64,000 bases of DNA from Octopus sinensis. Taxonomy: Eukaryota. Below the pieces are notes generated by a model. That model was not told where the DNA came from and did no database searches. It saw only the letters and a program-made list of their open reading frames with translations. Made by a program: the position numbers and the translations under genes. Positions 47,564 to 60,370 of the stretch are shown here, in pieces (position 1 is the stretch's first letter; every line of letters begins with the position of its first letter). The stretch covers positions 86,304,001-86,368,000 of the forward strand of contig NC_043006.1 in assembly GCF_006345805.1 (NCBI RefSeq), given 5' to 3'.

Positions 47564-48222
47564 CGAGTGGAAGTAAAAATTTATCCGCACTTTCGTCATA
47601 ACATATCTTTATTATTGTCATACTGCCTTCTGCGCAAGCGTACTTATAGTTGGTACTATTGTAGTCACGTGATCGAAGTTTGGGCCTGATCGCGCCATTT
47701 TTCTTACTGGCTTTACAGTGTAAGCATGGCCGCCCCAGTAGCAATGTGCACCAAAGAACAAGAGCAGTGGTTCATTTTCTCTGGTCGGAAGGTTTGTCAG
47801 GTGCTGAAATTCATCGGATGCTTTAAGCAAAATACGGGGACAGTGCACTACCGCATAGATGTGTATATGAGTTGATGAGTTTAAAAGTGGCCGGACAAGT
47901 GTAACGCATGAAGAGGGATCAGGACGCCCGTCAACCTCCAGTACTGACGATGAGATTCAGCAAGCTCGAGAGATGGTAATGGTTGAACCGGTTCACCATT
48001 ATCATCTCTCGGATCACTGCTCTTTGCTCTTCCCTAGCACATTGCTAGTGGAGCAGCCATGCTTACACTGTGAAGTCAGAAAGGAAAATGGAGCGATCAG
48101 ACTCAAAATTCGATCACGTGACCACAATAATACCAACAATAAGCACGCAGGCGCAGAAGGTAGTGTGACAATAATAAATATATATTATGGCGAAAGTGCG
48201 GATAATTTTTGACTTGCACTCG
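47564..48222. mobile_element. Non-autonomous mariner derivative made of two head-to-head 5' ends
   Basis: TA-CGAGTGGAAGTAAAAATTTATCCGCACTTT at the left end and its diverged reverse complement at the right; a transposase N-terminal remnant (MAAPVAMCTK...LWSEG...FKSGRTSVTHEEGSGRPS); arms join at GAACCGGTTC (47985-47994). Confidence 0.8.
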
Positions 48223-48814
48223 CATATACATACATACATACATACATACATACATACATACATACATACACAAACACACATACACACACACACATATATA
48301 TATAACACGAGGGGTTTAGTTTACTAATGATCTAAACTAATAAGTACGCTGCGTAAGTGTAGTAATTGATCATCCGTTAGGTTCCAAGTTCACAGCTGAG
48401 GCTGGAGTTTGGGATCCGTAGTTGGCTTCCGAGTTTGCTGGTGTAAGTTAAAGGAAAATTGATAATAAAACCAAAGCAGGACGTATATTTCAGGTCATTT
48501 AGAATATTTGATTAGAGTAAGGTGAAGCAAAAATGGAGAAGTAGAAGTAATTAATGTCTTACAGCTGTTTCTGGGATATTTCAGGTGATGTGTCAACATC
48601 CCCATACGGGTATTCCATCACCAGAGGTAAGGTGTGTATGTAGGGAAGTTCCGTACAGTACATGTATGTCTATACCACCTGTCTTCGTCTTGTTTTTTTG
48701 TGAATTCTCCCTATATACATATATGTGTGTGTGTGTGTATGTGTGTGCGCGTGTGTGTATATGTGCGTGCGTGTGCATATATATATATATATATGTGTGT
48801 GTGTATGTATGTGC

Positions 48815-48859
<45 letters not shown>

Positions 48860-49013
48860 ATACTATCGCTTCCACCAAGAGACAATCACAAAAGAATGAC
48901 CATTGGGAAGGTGATAATACTGGTTGTGCCCCAGCATGGCCGCAGCCTTTGAGATGAAAACGAATAAATACAATATACATACATATTATATATATATATA
49001 TATATATATATAG

Positions 49014-49071
<58 letters not shown>

Positions 49072-49374
49072 TATATGTTTTTCTATGATCTTGGTCCGAC
49101 CTTTGAGTGGAATTTGGTTGATGAAAAGTGCATAGAAGCTTGTCCGATGAATTGTTCCTGTAATACAGAACTGTACAGCCTATCACACCCTGTGTCGTGC
49201 TAGTTTAAGGATACTTGTATCCATGGAATACTCAGCCACTTACACGTAAATTCAGGAGCATTTGACTGAAAGACTAAATCCTCATCATCGAACGACGGAA
49301 ATACACTGTCACAGTTATCATCATCCACCACCATGATGTATATATGTATGTATGTATGTATGTATGCATGTATG

Positions 49375-49408
<34 letters not shown>

Positions 49409-49492
49409 TGTATGTATGTATGTATGTATGTATGTATGCATGTATGTATGTATGTATGTGCAGGTATATATATATGTATATATATATATATA

Positions 49493-50253
49493 TTCAATAA
49501 TAATAAAGGGTAAAATTCATTAATTAATCAATAATTAATAATTTTACCAAGTAGTTCGGTATGTTAAAAAAATCTTTATCAGTAACCTTATACAAAAATT
49601 CTATAATTATAAGCATATTTATAATTAGGGTTCAGCAAATTGCTTCATCACATACCGAAGTTTAGAAATAGCAGTTAAATACTACTCCTCTACCATAAAA
49701 TATCTCCCAGACAACAATACTCTTAATTCACGAATCTACCCGGCTTTGATCAACCACATACGCGTTTCTGGATTAAAGAGATGTAAAATTTTTATTTTTA
49801 TTCACTTATTTCCGTCTTCAGTGTAGTATTTCAATTGTAAATTTGAGAGTACTAATAATTAAATACGTATTCGACAAAGCGACATCGAATAGCTAATATC
49901 CGCAAACCAGCACTTCCGAATTTATACAGACGAGTGAGAACTCGCATTCTTCCCCAATCACCCACGTGTGTTACGAGTAATCCCGCAGAAATTGCAGTTT
50001 ATTATCAGGGAATGATATTTTCAATAATAATAAAAGGTACAATTAATTAATTAATAATTAATAATTTTACCAAGTAGTTCTGCATGTTAAAAGAACCCTT
50101 ATCGGTAACCTTATTCAAAAATTCTATAATTATAAGCATAATTATAATTAGGGTTCAGCAATTTCTTCACCACATACCGAAATTTAGAGATACAGTTAAA
50201 TACTATTCCTCTACCATAAGATATCTCCCAGACAGCAATACCCTTATTCACGT

Positions 50254-50256
<3 letters not shown>
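49493..50256 (-). mobile_element. ~1.45-copy tandem of a 527-bp unit carrying a hammerhead; flanked by (TA)n
   Basis: TTCAATAATAATAAA unit start at 49493 and 50020; homologous to the 28805-29135 element. Confidence 0.8.
49753..49827 (-). ncRNA. Type I hammerhead ribozyme motif
   Basis: ACUACA-CUGAAGA-C-GGA...UCC-A-GAAA-CGC-GUA-UGUGGU: 6-bp stem I with one G-U pair, palindromic ACGCGU stem III, GUA site. Confidence 0.75.
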
Positions 50257-50292
<36 letters not shown>

Positions 50293-50556
50293 TAGATATA
50301 TATATATATATATATATATCGTCAGTAAATCATAAATCCGAAAAAGAAGCACGCTATAAGTTATAGAGCTGTAAAGTATACAGATAAAGACAGATATGAC
50401 CGGTTTATGGGGTTACTCGGGGTTTCACGTCCATAAAGCGCTTAGGTTTACAACATTTCTTCAGACCAGAAACCCGTTGGTCTATGGGTTTAGGGTCTGA
50501 AGAAACGCTGTAAAGCTAAGCACTTTATGGACATGAAGTCCGAGTAACCCCGGCCA

Positions 50557-50641
<85 letters not shown>

Positions 50642-50642
50642 G

Positions 50643-50710
<68 letters not shown>
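50557..50710. repeat. (TATC)n microsatellite
   Basis: Direct reading. Confidence 0.99.
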
Positions 50711-50711
<1 letters not shown>

Positions 50712-51369
50712 ATGCAGTATTTTGGATCAGCATTGATGCAAATAATCTCCAAGACATTCACGTCCAACTGGCTGGCACTAGAGATATGTATTCTAATGAA
50801 GTACAACATTTCTCTATTTGTTTATGTGATGGCCATGAACTTTGCGCAAATCTATTCACGGAGATAGTGAGACAAGTTGGTACTAACACTGCTACTGCTG
50901 CTGAGTACTGTTATGAATAATTTCTTAGTGGAAACAAGGCCTGGAACAAAACTTTCCAAACCCTGATGGATGTTTTATTTCAACAATGTGGCAGAATAAC
51001 GAAGCCAAAGATGTTCGTAGTTCGTCGTTAATACAGGCTCACGTAAAAGAATTCTGCTTTTGAATGGAAAGGCAATGAATTTTAAGTAGTTGTATCAGTA
51101 TATTCTCCTTGAATGACTACAAGAATTGTACTGAGAATGAAGTAAGATCGAGTCTAACTAGCGTTACTAAATACGTTTTGCTTTGAACGTTCAAAACGTG
51201 CCGTTATAATATAGTCTTGTAGAAAGGTCCTTGTGTCTATTCCAAATGTATTCTTGTGTCTATTCAAATTCCATAAAGAAGAGCGGAAAGAATGGACATA
51301 TTTGTTAGTAAGGTCATACAAGAGTGGCTTATTTTCCCATCATGCTTTATAATGCAGTTTAATAGCATT

Positions 51370-51900
51370 ATACAGACACGGGGCTGTATAGTGCTATTTG
51401 CTAAACTTCAAGATGCTTAAAAGTTCGTTGCCTCATAATGTTAAGGGGATTTTATTGACGCCATTACCCGTTTGGCCGAGCCAGGATGTTGACAGGAAAG
51501 GCCATAAAGCGTGAGGTGATAGTTATCAAACTGGAAATGAGGGAGGAGGTTTTAAATGCTATACAGAGCACACGGCGTGTTTTCTGGGATTTTTAAGGAA
51601 CTACTGAATATCACATTACAAAAGCAAAAGCAGGCCAGATACTCTGGATGTTGTGGTAACACTAAATCACCAGAATGAAGACGAGGAGGAGTATGTGACT
51701 ATGGTTGTGGTTTGAGAGCCAAATGGGCACGGATAACATGGGAGGCAACTGAGCACAAGAAGCTACTATGGAGCATATCGTAGAAAACGGAGCAAGTTGC
51801 AGTTCTTTCTGAGAGCCGTTTACAATGTTTTTTTTACTCTCTGTCACAATTAGATGGTGAGCTGGAATAACATTACTGATGTTATCGATGCGGGTGGTGG
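51370..51900 (+). pseudogene. Highly decayed RLE-type (HERO/NeSL-like) LINE fragment
   Basis: ITWEATEHKKL and KLQFFLRAVYNV resemble the W.E...K.SW...L.FLLR.VYD.LP motif region upstream of the CCHC finger. Confidence 0.4.
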
Positions 51901-52147
51901 CTATTTTTACTATGTAAATTGTCCCTTGCAGAGTTGTCAACTAGCATAAATAAGGATTTTAACATAACTGAACAAAAAAGAAAAGATTGAAGTGATTTAT
52001 TTCTTTTGGGTTGACTAAGAAGTTTTGATCGCCATTGCAAATTATATTTCATTTTTGAGAATTTGTTGCAATAAGAGGCATCTGAATCGTAACTTGAAAC
52101 TCGAAGTCACGAAATACAGGCTTTCATGCTTTACCCCTAACACTCAT

Positions 52148-52218
<71 letters not shown>

Positions 52219-52419
52219 TACAGAGCCTCACATACATATAGTTACGGGATTATTTATTGATAGCATATTCTGTTCGAAAAACTGATAAACAATTTTTTAA
52301 AAATTACACTTATGAAATAAGTAAACCCGAAAAAAAGCTCTAAAAATATGAAAAGAGCAAAATATTGTGCAAATACGAAATATTATATCAATATATCATA
52401 TTAAGACATTAGAATATTA

Positions 52420-53240
52420 CCAGGTTGAGTCGAAAGTTTTTTCATATTTCAAGCTTTAATTGATATTCCAAACAAATTACATACGAAAAGCGTTTATTCA
52501 TCAAAATATATTCCATCATATTCTATTGTTTGTTGCCATCATTGTGTCAGAAGCTCAATTCCACGCTTATACCATTTGGCTGGTTTAGAGGAAAAAGCTC
52601 CCTGCATCCATTTTTAATCTCATCCATATTGTTGAATATCTCTCCGTGCAGGAAATGATTCATGGCTCGGGAAAGATGGTAATCGGATAGTGAAAGTTCT
52701 GGACTGTAGGCAGGGTGAGGCAGTAGTTCCAGCCCCTCAAGTTCCTCACATTTGCGTCTGGTCACATTGACAGTGCATGCTGGAGCATTGTCATACTGTA
52801 GATGTGCGCTCCTTTGATTGATTAGTATAGGGCGGCGGTCTTTCAAGGCATCATATACTTGCTGTGGTTGTTGAGAATAAAGGCTAGCGTTCACAGTATG
52901 GCCATCTGGGACAAGCTCAAAGTGAAACACCCGCTCTAAATTCCAACAAGCACACATGGCCTTCTGTTCAAACTGCTCTTGTGAGACAATAGGTTTCAAA
53001 GCCTGGCCGGAACGAAGCTACTGATTTCTGTTATTAGGATTATGAAAGTAAATCAACTTTTCAACCCCAGTTACAATTCGACGCTAGAAACGGGCAGTCA
53101 TGGTATCGGCATTTTGATACCTGGCGCGAATCACCCTGATGCAGGTAACTATTATCCAATATTCAGATGGCTTCCACTCCGTGTCAGCTAATTTTTTCTC
53201 AACCACAGCTTTAACCTTTATACTCTCCGACACCGGTGAC
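52420..53240 (-). pseudogene. Decayed mariner transposase remnant
   Basis: ORF 52547-52999: FHFELVPDGHTVNASLY, LQYDNAP, LLPHPAYSPELSLSDYHL; PFL...IVTGDEK-like scraps near 53050-53090; probable TIR TA-CCAGGTTGAG at 52418. Confidence 0.8.
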
Positions 53241-53350
53241 TGTTCACCAATACATTAAGCCATTCCTGAAAAAGAAGACAAAACATTAAAAAATCATCAA
53301 ATTTAATCCGAACCCACTGTATATCCAATATCATATCATCATATGAAAAT

Positions 53351-53797
53351 AGCAAGCTGGTAGAAACGTTAGCATGTCGGGCGAAATGCTTAGCGGTATT
53401 TCGTCTGCCGCTACGTTCTGTGTTCAAATTCCGCCGAGGTCGACTTTGCCTTTCATCCTTTCGGGGTCGATTAAATAAGTACTAGTTACGCACTGGAGTC
53501 GATGTTATCGACTTAATCCCTTTGTCTGTCCTTGTTTGTCCCCTCGATGTGTAGCCCCTTGTGGGCAGTAAAGAAATAGGTATTTCGTCTGCCGCTACGT
53601 CCTGAGTTCAAATTCCGCCGAGGTCGACTTTGCCTTTCATCCTTTCGGGGTCGATTAAATAAGTACTAGTTACGCACTGGAGTCGATATAATCGACTTAA
53701 TCCGATTGTTTCTCCTTGTTTGTCCTCTCTGTGTTTAGCCCCTTGTGGGTAGTAAAGAAATAAGTATTTCGTCCGTCTCTACTTTTTGAGTTCAAAT
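53351..53797 (+). mobile_element. SINE (second family) with a 184-bp tandem duplication of its body
   Basis: GTATTTCGTC... recurs at 53396, 53580 and 53764. Confidence 0.8.
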
Positions 53798-54174
53798 TAG
53801 TAGAAAAGATTATATCATCATAATATCATACTATACTATTACATCATTATAGTATTATATTACATTGTAATAGTTTTATTACATATTGTTATATCATATT
53901 ATTACATCATTATAACAATATGTTATTTCATTATCATATGATTACATCATTATAGTCTATCATTACATTTTTATATTATTCTATCAATTTTGCTTACTGT
54001 CTTAAGTTTCATGACTCATCAAATCTCAACGAATCGCCTCACGTAATTGGACTTCTGTGTTATGGATTATAACCCATCAAAAATCTGTCTGTTGGATAAT
54101 CATGACTCACCATACACTTGAATCGATCAGAATGCTTCAGTATATTTAACATTCCTCACATAAAAATACAACCA

Positions 54175-54328
54175 CATCCACTTCCATCATTTTTTTGCCA
54201 GCTGGGTGGACTGGAGTAACGTGAAAAAAAGTGCATTGCTTAAGGACATAACAGACAGTCGGGAATCGAACGCATGACCCTACGATCGCGAGCCGAATAC
54301 CCTAACCACTAAGCCACGCGCCTTCACA
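54175..54328 (-). mobile_element. tRNA-derived CORE-like SINE, 5' part
   Basis: Reverse complement GTGGCTTAGTGGTTAGGG...CGATCGTAGGGTCATGCGTTCGATTCCC...TCCTTAAGCAATGCACTT; related to 38883. Confidence 0.65.
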
Positions 54329-54329
54329 T

Positions 54330-54636
<307 letters not shown>

Positions 54637-54638
<2 letters not shown>

Positions 54639-54830
54639 TTAATCCAACCAGAAAACACAGAAAAAAAGAGAAAAAAACACACCAACGCAGGACGTGGAAC
54701 AATTAAAGTATTATTGACGCTCAGGAAAGAAGGGAAGGAGGGTTTAACGTTTCGAGCGGAGCTCTTCGTCGGAAACAAGGAGAAGGAAAGATCCCAAAGG
54801 AGGGAAGACAGAGGAGAAAATATTTGAGCT
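54637..54830 (-). mobile_element. Second copy of the short element with a minimal hammerhead (54742-54776; core U4 to C)
   Basis: GUUU-CCGACGA-A-GAGC-UCC-GCUC-GAAAC-GUU-AAAC; homologous to 21781-21975. Confidence 0.7.
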
Positions 54831-55505
54831 GGTGGTGCTCAAGAGATCACATATATATATATATATATAGGTAGTGAAAAGTTTTTTTAAATTTTATTCT
54901 TTATATACTATTGGATTTAATAATAATTATAAGTACTTTGTTTATTCTATCAACGAGCGAAATGTTAGTTTTAGATATAAATTAATTTACTTATATAATA
55001 AGTTAAAATTATTCGTGAGTATATTTTTGAAATATATACAAAATACTATTGCAGGGTTGTGGTTGCAGCGTTGTTGATATAAGATATATTATAAGTCTAC
55101 ACATGTTTATATGGGGTTTAGTACATAGTTAGAATCTGATCAAATTAATGATTTATTTAATAAATAAATAAATAAATAAATATATAAATTAATTAATTAA
55201 TGAATATAGATTAAATTATAGTAATTTAGCCTACTTAAGTATATGATATATTTTAAGTATTTTTGTTTTAATTAATTGAACTCATATTTTCCCAGTAAAG
55301 ATATACTATAGTTTGTTTAGATTATTCTCCAAGCTAATATATATCTTCACAGATGAATAGATATTTCTATCTATTTACTCTATTTTTTTTACGATAGGTT
55401 TTATAAGAAGAATCATGTTATTATTTCTTTAATAAATATTGTTTAATTCTGTTTGATTATTTATTAAAAATATGTATTTATTTAACCATTATTGTTATTA
55501 TTGTT

Positions 55506-55611
55506 GACCTGAGGAGTGACTATACTTTTAAATTGAATTGGTTTTGGATCGATTAAATTTAAATTTAATTGTAATTCGAATTGAAAATATAGCCACGAAA
55601 CGTACGTAGTC
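55506..55611 (+). ncRNA. Type I hammerhead motif with a long AT-rich stem II insertion
   Basis: GAC-CUGAGGA-GUGACUAUA...UAUAGCCAC-GAAAC-GUAC-GUA-GUC: full core, palindromic ACGUACGU stem III, GUA site, short stem I. Confidence 0.7.
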
Positions 55612-55763
55612 TATTTACTTATTATATACAGTTTATTTATTATTGTTATTATTATATACTTTATTGTGGTCTTGGTAAATGTTTTATCACATATTTTATT
55701 TTTTCTATATGGTATGATTTACGTCTATTATTGTTTGAATTACATAATAGTGGTTTTTCTCTA

Positions 55764-55829
<66 letters not shown>

Positions 55830-55907
55830 TATATATATATTGTGAAATTTGATTTAATACTAAATTGAATTTTCCCCTGTAATTTTGGAGTTATACTCCC
55901 TAATATT

Positions 55908-55946
<39 letters not shown>

Positions 55947-56070
55947 CAAAATAAGTAACAAGGTTATCCTATTCTTGTTGCTTATTTTATTTTAATCACC
56001 TTATTTTGAAATTTTATGGATAATACCATACTAAATTCTGGTGCGTCAACTTAAGTACCATATTCATCTG

Positions 56071-56127
<57 letters not shown>

Positions 56128-57210
56128 GCATACATAAATTATGTTTGTATAACTAGCTTAATAGATTAGAATATAAGTCGAGAAGGAATAAGCAAATTAG
56201 AAACATGCCTTAACTAGATTAACAGATAAACTAAGAATAAATAACCAAATTTGTATACAACTCCACAGAAAAAATAATGCTAAATTGTTAAAGGAATTAA
56301 GGTCGGAAAATATTAAGTGAAACAGAGTAATATTAGAATAACAGCTGAAATGGTAACCGAACAGACAACAAAGATCTGAAGCTGGAAATGCCCTGGGCTG
56401 GATGGCGTACAAGGATATTGGCTGAAAAATTGCCCAGCATTACACAGAAAAATAGCCACGCAAATGGATAAAATTATCAACAACGGTGAACAAATTCCAA
56501 AGTGGCTTACTACAGGTAAAACAATTCTTTGCCAAAAGTATCCCAGCAAAGCCAATGCGATGGATAATTACCGGCCTATCTCCTGCCTGCCCCTGATGTG
56601 GAATCTGATGACAGGGACAACATTTAATAATGTGTATAACTTCCTGGGAATGAATGACAAACTGCCAGTGGAACAGAAAGGGTATAGAAAGAAAAGTAGA
56701 GAGACAAAAGACCAACTTCTGATAGACAGATTGGTACTGAACGACTACGAGAAAAGAGTTACTAATCTGGGCATGGCATGGATCGATTATAAGAAAGCGT
56801 GTGACATGATCCCCCATTCCTGGATTTTAGAAAGTTGAGATGGTGCACGTGTCTGATAACATATCAAATTTTATTAGATCAATGAAAAACTGAAATACAG
56901 AGTTGACTTCATGTGAAAAATTTTTGGTGACGGTTAACATCAAAAGAGGCATATTTCAAGAAGATAGCCTATCACCATTGCTGTTTGTGATTTGTATGAT
57001 ACCCCTCACATAGATACTACGGAAAGTGACATCGGAGTACACCTTGAAAAGGTTATATATAGATGATTTAATGATCTTCGGAAAGACCGAACGTAAAATA
57101 AATAGCCTAGTTTCAACAATGCAGATATTCAGTAAGGATATCGGAATGGAATTTTGGACTAAAAAGTGAGGTATGCTTATAATACAAAGAGGCAAAGTAG
57201 TGTCGTCTTA

Positions 57211-58502
57211 CGAGGGGCGTTCAATAAGTAATGCCCCTGACCCACTTCCCATAGGGGTAGAGCAACGAAACTTGGCATAGTTATTAGTCTTTTTCTACAT
57301 AGGAACCACCCAGAGTTACGCATTTCTCCCATTGTTTGATGCAGCCCTGGAGGCCGTTTTTGTAGAAGACCCCAGCTTGGTCCCCCAACCATGACGTGAC
57401 TTCAGAAATCAAAGCTGCATCATCTGGGAAACTCTTTCCTTTCAAAAACAGCTTCATGGCTGGGAAGAGGTGAAAATCAGAGGGTGCAAGGTCAAGAGAG
57501 TAGGGGGGTGGGGGAGGAGTTCGTAGCCGCACGCCTGTGCTTCTGATCTGGCGACACGCGAGTTGTGGACCGGAGCGTTGTCCTGCAGGAGGAGGATGCC
57601 TTTGCTGATCTTGCCCCGCCTCTTGATTTTGATAGCTTCTCTTAATTTCCTCAAAAGTGAAGCATAATAGGCTCTTGTAATTGTGGTACCCTTTGCCAGG
57701 AAATCTGTCATCACTACTCCGTCCTGGTCCCAGAAGATTGTGAGCATGACCGTGCCAGCGGAGGGCTGCACCCTTGCCTTCTTTGGAGGAGGTGAGTCAC
57801 GGTGCTTCGATTGCATTGATTGGGCTTTGGTCTCTGGATCATAGTGATGGACCCAGGTTTCATCCAGTGTAATCAGTCTTTTGAAAAATTTTGACTAATC
57901 TTCTTGGCACATCTCCAAATTCATCCTCGAGCACTCGATGCGTTCTTGCTTCTGGAATGGTGTGAGCAACCTGGGAATCCATCTGGCAGACACCTTTTGT
58001 ATATGCAAATGGTCATGAATGATAGTTTCCACAGACCCGGTACTAATCTTGACCTCATGGGCTATTTGGTGAATAGTTATGCATCGATCTTCCAAAATGG
58101 CAGCCTCACCTTGACGGACAGATGCCTCATCAATGGCAGAAGTGGGGCGACCAGATCTGGGAGCTGTTTCCACAGAGTTCCGACCATGTTTGAATTCACG
58201 ATGCCAGCGTTTTACAAGGTCATATGATGGGGCATCATCACCATAAGTTACTTTCATTTCATCAAAAGTCTCCCGTGGTGTGCGTCCTTTCAAATACAAA
58301 AACCGTATCACTGCTCGACACTCAACAGGCTCCATTTCACACTTGACTCAGTTCAAACACCTGTAAATCAGAAACCACAATTAGTTCAGAGCTGTAATTT
58401 GCCACTTAATCTATAGAGATATAAATAATTGCACATGCAAAATTTCAGCTAGATCAAACAAACGAAAGTGAGTCAGGGGCATTACTTATTGAACGTCCCT
58501 CG
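57211..58502 (-). mobile_element. Mariner (DD34D) DNA transposon, 1292 bp, intact TIRs and TA target duplication
   Basis: ~31-bp TIR CGAGGG(G/A)CGTTCAATAAGTAATGCCCCTGAC with one mismatch; TA at 57209-57210 and 58503-58504. Confidence 0.96.
57284..58335 (-). pseudogene. Mariner transposase with one in-frame stop and one frameshift
   Basis: MEPVECRAVIRFL...PRSGRP...WIPRLL...TLDETW...LQDNAPVH...YSLDLAPSDFHLF; D34D spacing; TAG after MCQED; frameshift in the C-rich run near 57505-57516. Confidence 0.93.
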
Positions 58503-59927
58503 TATATGGTGTAGAGCTACCCAACGGCGAGAAAACCAAGGATATTGAGACTAATGGATATAAATACCTGAGATTTTAGAATACGACAAAATCAAGCAAA
58601 GTGAAATGAAAGAAAGCTTGAGGTGAGAATATCTCAGAAGAACCAGGTTAAATATGGGAAGTAGACTCAACGGAAAACATCAGGACAATAAACACATGGG
58701 CTCATTCCTTAATGAGATACGGTGCAGATGTTGTTAGGTAAACAAAGAACGAGCTTGAGGAAATGGACAGGAAAACTATAAAAGTGGTGACAGTTAACAA
58801 TGAGCCACACCTCAAAAGCGATACTGACAGATGTATGTGCCTAGAAAGAGGGGTGGAAGAGGTGTCATAGAATGCAAGATATGTGTTGTCAACGAGAACA
58901 GTCTGGGTTGGTAAATTAAACAGTAGAGTGAACCCTTGCTTGCCGATGCACCCATAAACATTTAAGAAACAAGATAAAGAAGAAAGAGTAAACAACTGGA
59001 AAATCAAACCACTGCAGCATGGGCAATACCTGAGAGAAATCGAAAGAGGAGACCAACACTTGGCGGTGGCTAAGTGATCTGAAAGGATGCAGTGAGGCAT
59101 TGATATGCAGAGCCCTGAAACAAACTCTGAGAATTAATTACACCAAGTTCTAGATATATAAGAATAGCGAATCACCCTTTGTAGGATATGTGACTGCAGA
59201 AACGAAACAATCTCACATATTGTGAGTGTTTTAAGCTGATCTAAAAGCACTACAAAAGGAGGCACGATAACTTGGCTAAGTTCGTCCACCGGAGGCTATG
59301 TGAAAAGTACGGTCTGAACAGAACACGGAAATGGTAGGAACATGAACCAGAAGGAGTCACTGAGAACAAGGAACATAAGATACTGTGGGATTTTATAACC
59401 CAATGTGACTCCCTAATCAATGATCAGAGACCAGATATTGTGGTAGTAGATGAAGGTAAAAAGGAAACCAAGATTATAGACATTGCAATCCCTGGAAATG
59501 TGCGCATAAGTGACAAAGAATTAGAAAAGATTGAAAAGTACAGACTATTAAAATATGAAATTGCAAGAATGTGGGTTATGAGGAGAGTGTCTGTCATTCC
59601 AGTAGTTGTGGGGGCACTTGGAGCAGTAACAACCAACTTCAAGAAATATGTCAAAGAAATCGGAATTGACATGAGAGTAGAGGAAGCCCCAAAACTGTTC
59701 TGCTGGGGACAGCTAGGATTTTGAGATTGGTACTTGGATCTTGAATGTCTCCCACGATAAATAAATCTTGAATGTTCCCCCAAGTATCAAAGCTTATAAT
59801 GTGCAGAAAGAGACCCTGTGAGACCTTTTGCGGTAGGCTGCTGTGGGCTCCCACAGAATCTGCCAGAACAAACAAGACTGAATGTTCTGAGAAGTAAAAC
59901 AATACTACTAATAATAATCCTTTCTAC

Positions 59928-60132
59928 TATAGGCACAAGACCTAAAAATTTGGGGAAGAGGGCAAGTCTATGATATCGACCTCAGTGCTTCACTGGTACT
60001 TATTTTATAGACCCCGAAAAGATGAAAGGTAATGTCAACCTTGGCGGAATTTGAACTCAGAATACGAAGACAGACGAAATGCCGCTAAGAAATTTGCTCG
60101 GTGTGATGACGATTCTGCCAGCTCGCCGCCTT
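59928..60132 (-). mobile_element. SINE (second family)
   Basis: Reverse complement AAGGCGGCGAGCTGGCAGAATCGTC...TTCTGAGTTCAAATTCCGCCAAGGTTGAC. Confidence 0.8.
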
Positions 60133-60270
60133 AGTAATAATGATAATGATGGTTTCATATTTTGGCAGAAGGCCAGTAATTTTTCAAGAGAAGGGGTTAA
60201 GTTGATTACATCGATCTTAGTACTCAATTCAGATAGAAAAGACGGACTAACTGCTGCTAAACATTTAGTC

Positions 60271-60370
60271 NNNNNNNNNNNNNNNNNNNNNNNNNNNNNN
60301 NNNNNNNNNNNNNNNNNNNNNNNNNNNNNNNNNNNNNNNNNNNNNNNNNNNNNNNNNNNNNNNNNNNNNN
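60271..60370. other. Assembly gap (100 N)
   Basis: Run of N. Confidence 1.

Larger units (their letters stand above)
56270..59918 (+). mobile_element. R4/Dong-like RLE-type LINE, 5'-truncated and decayed, interrupted by a mariner; ends in TAA repeats
   Basis: RT motifs CPGLDGVQG, NYRPISCL and AWIDYKKACDMIPH; CRICxxxxETISHIV finger; RPDIVV...IIDIAIP...KELEKIEKY nuclease; CTAATAATAAT tail. Confidence 0.88.
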
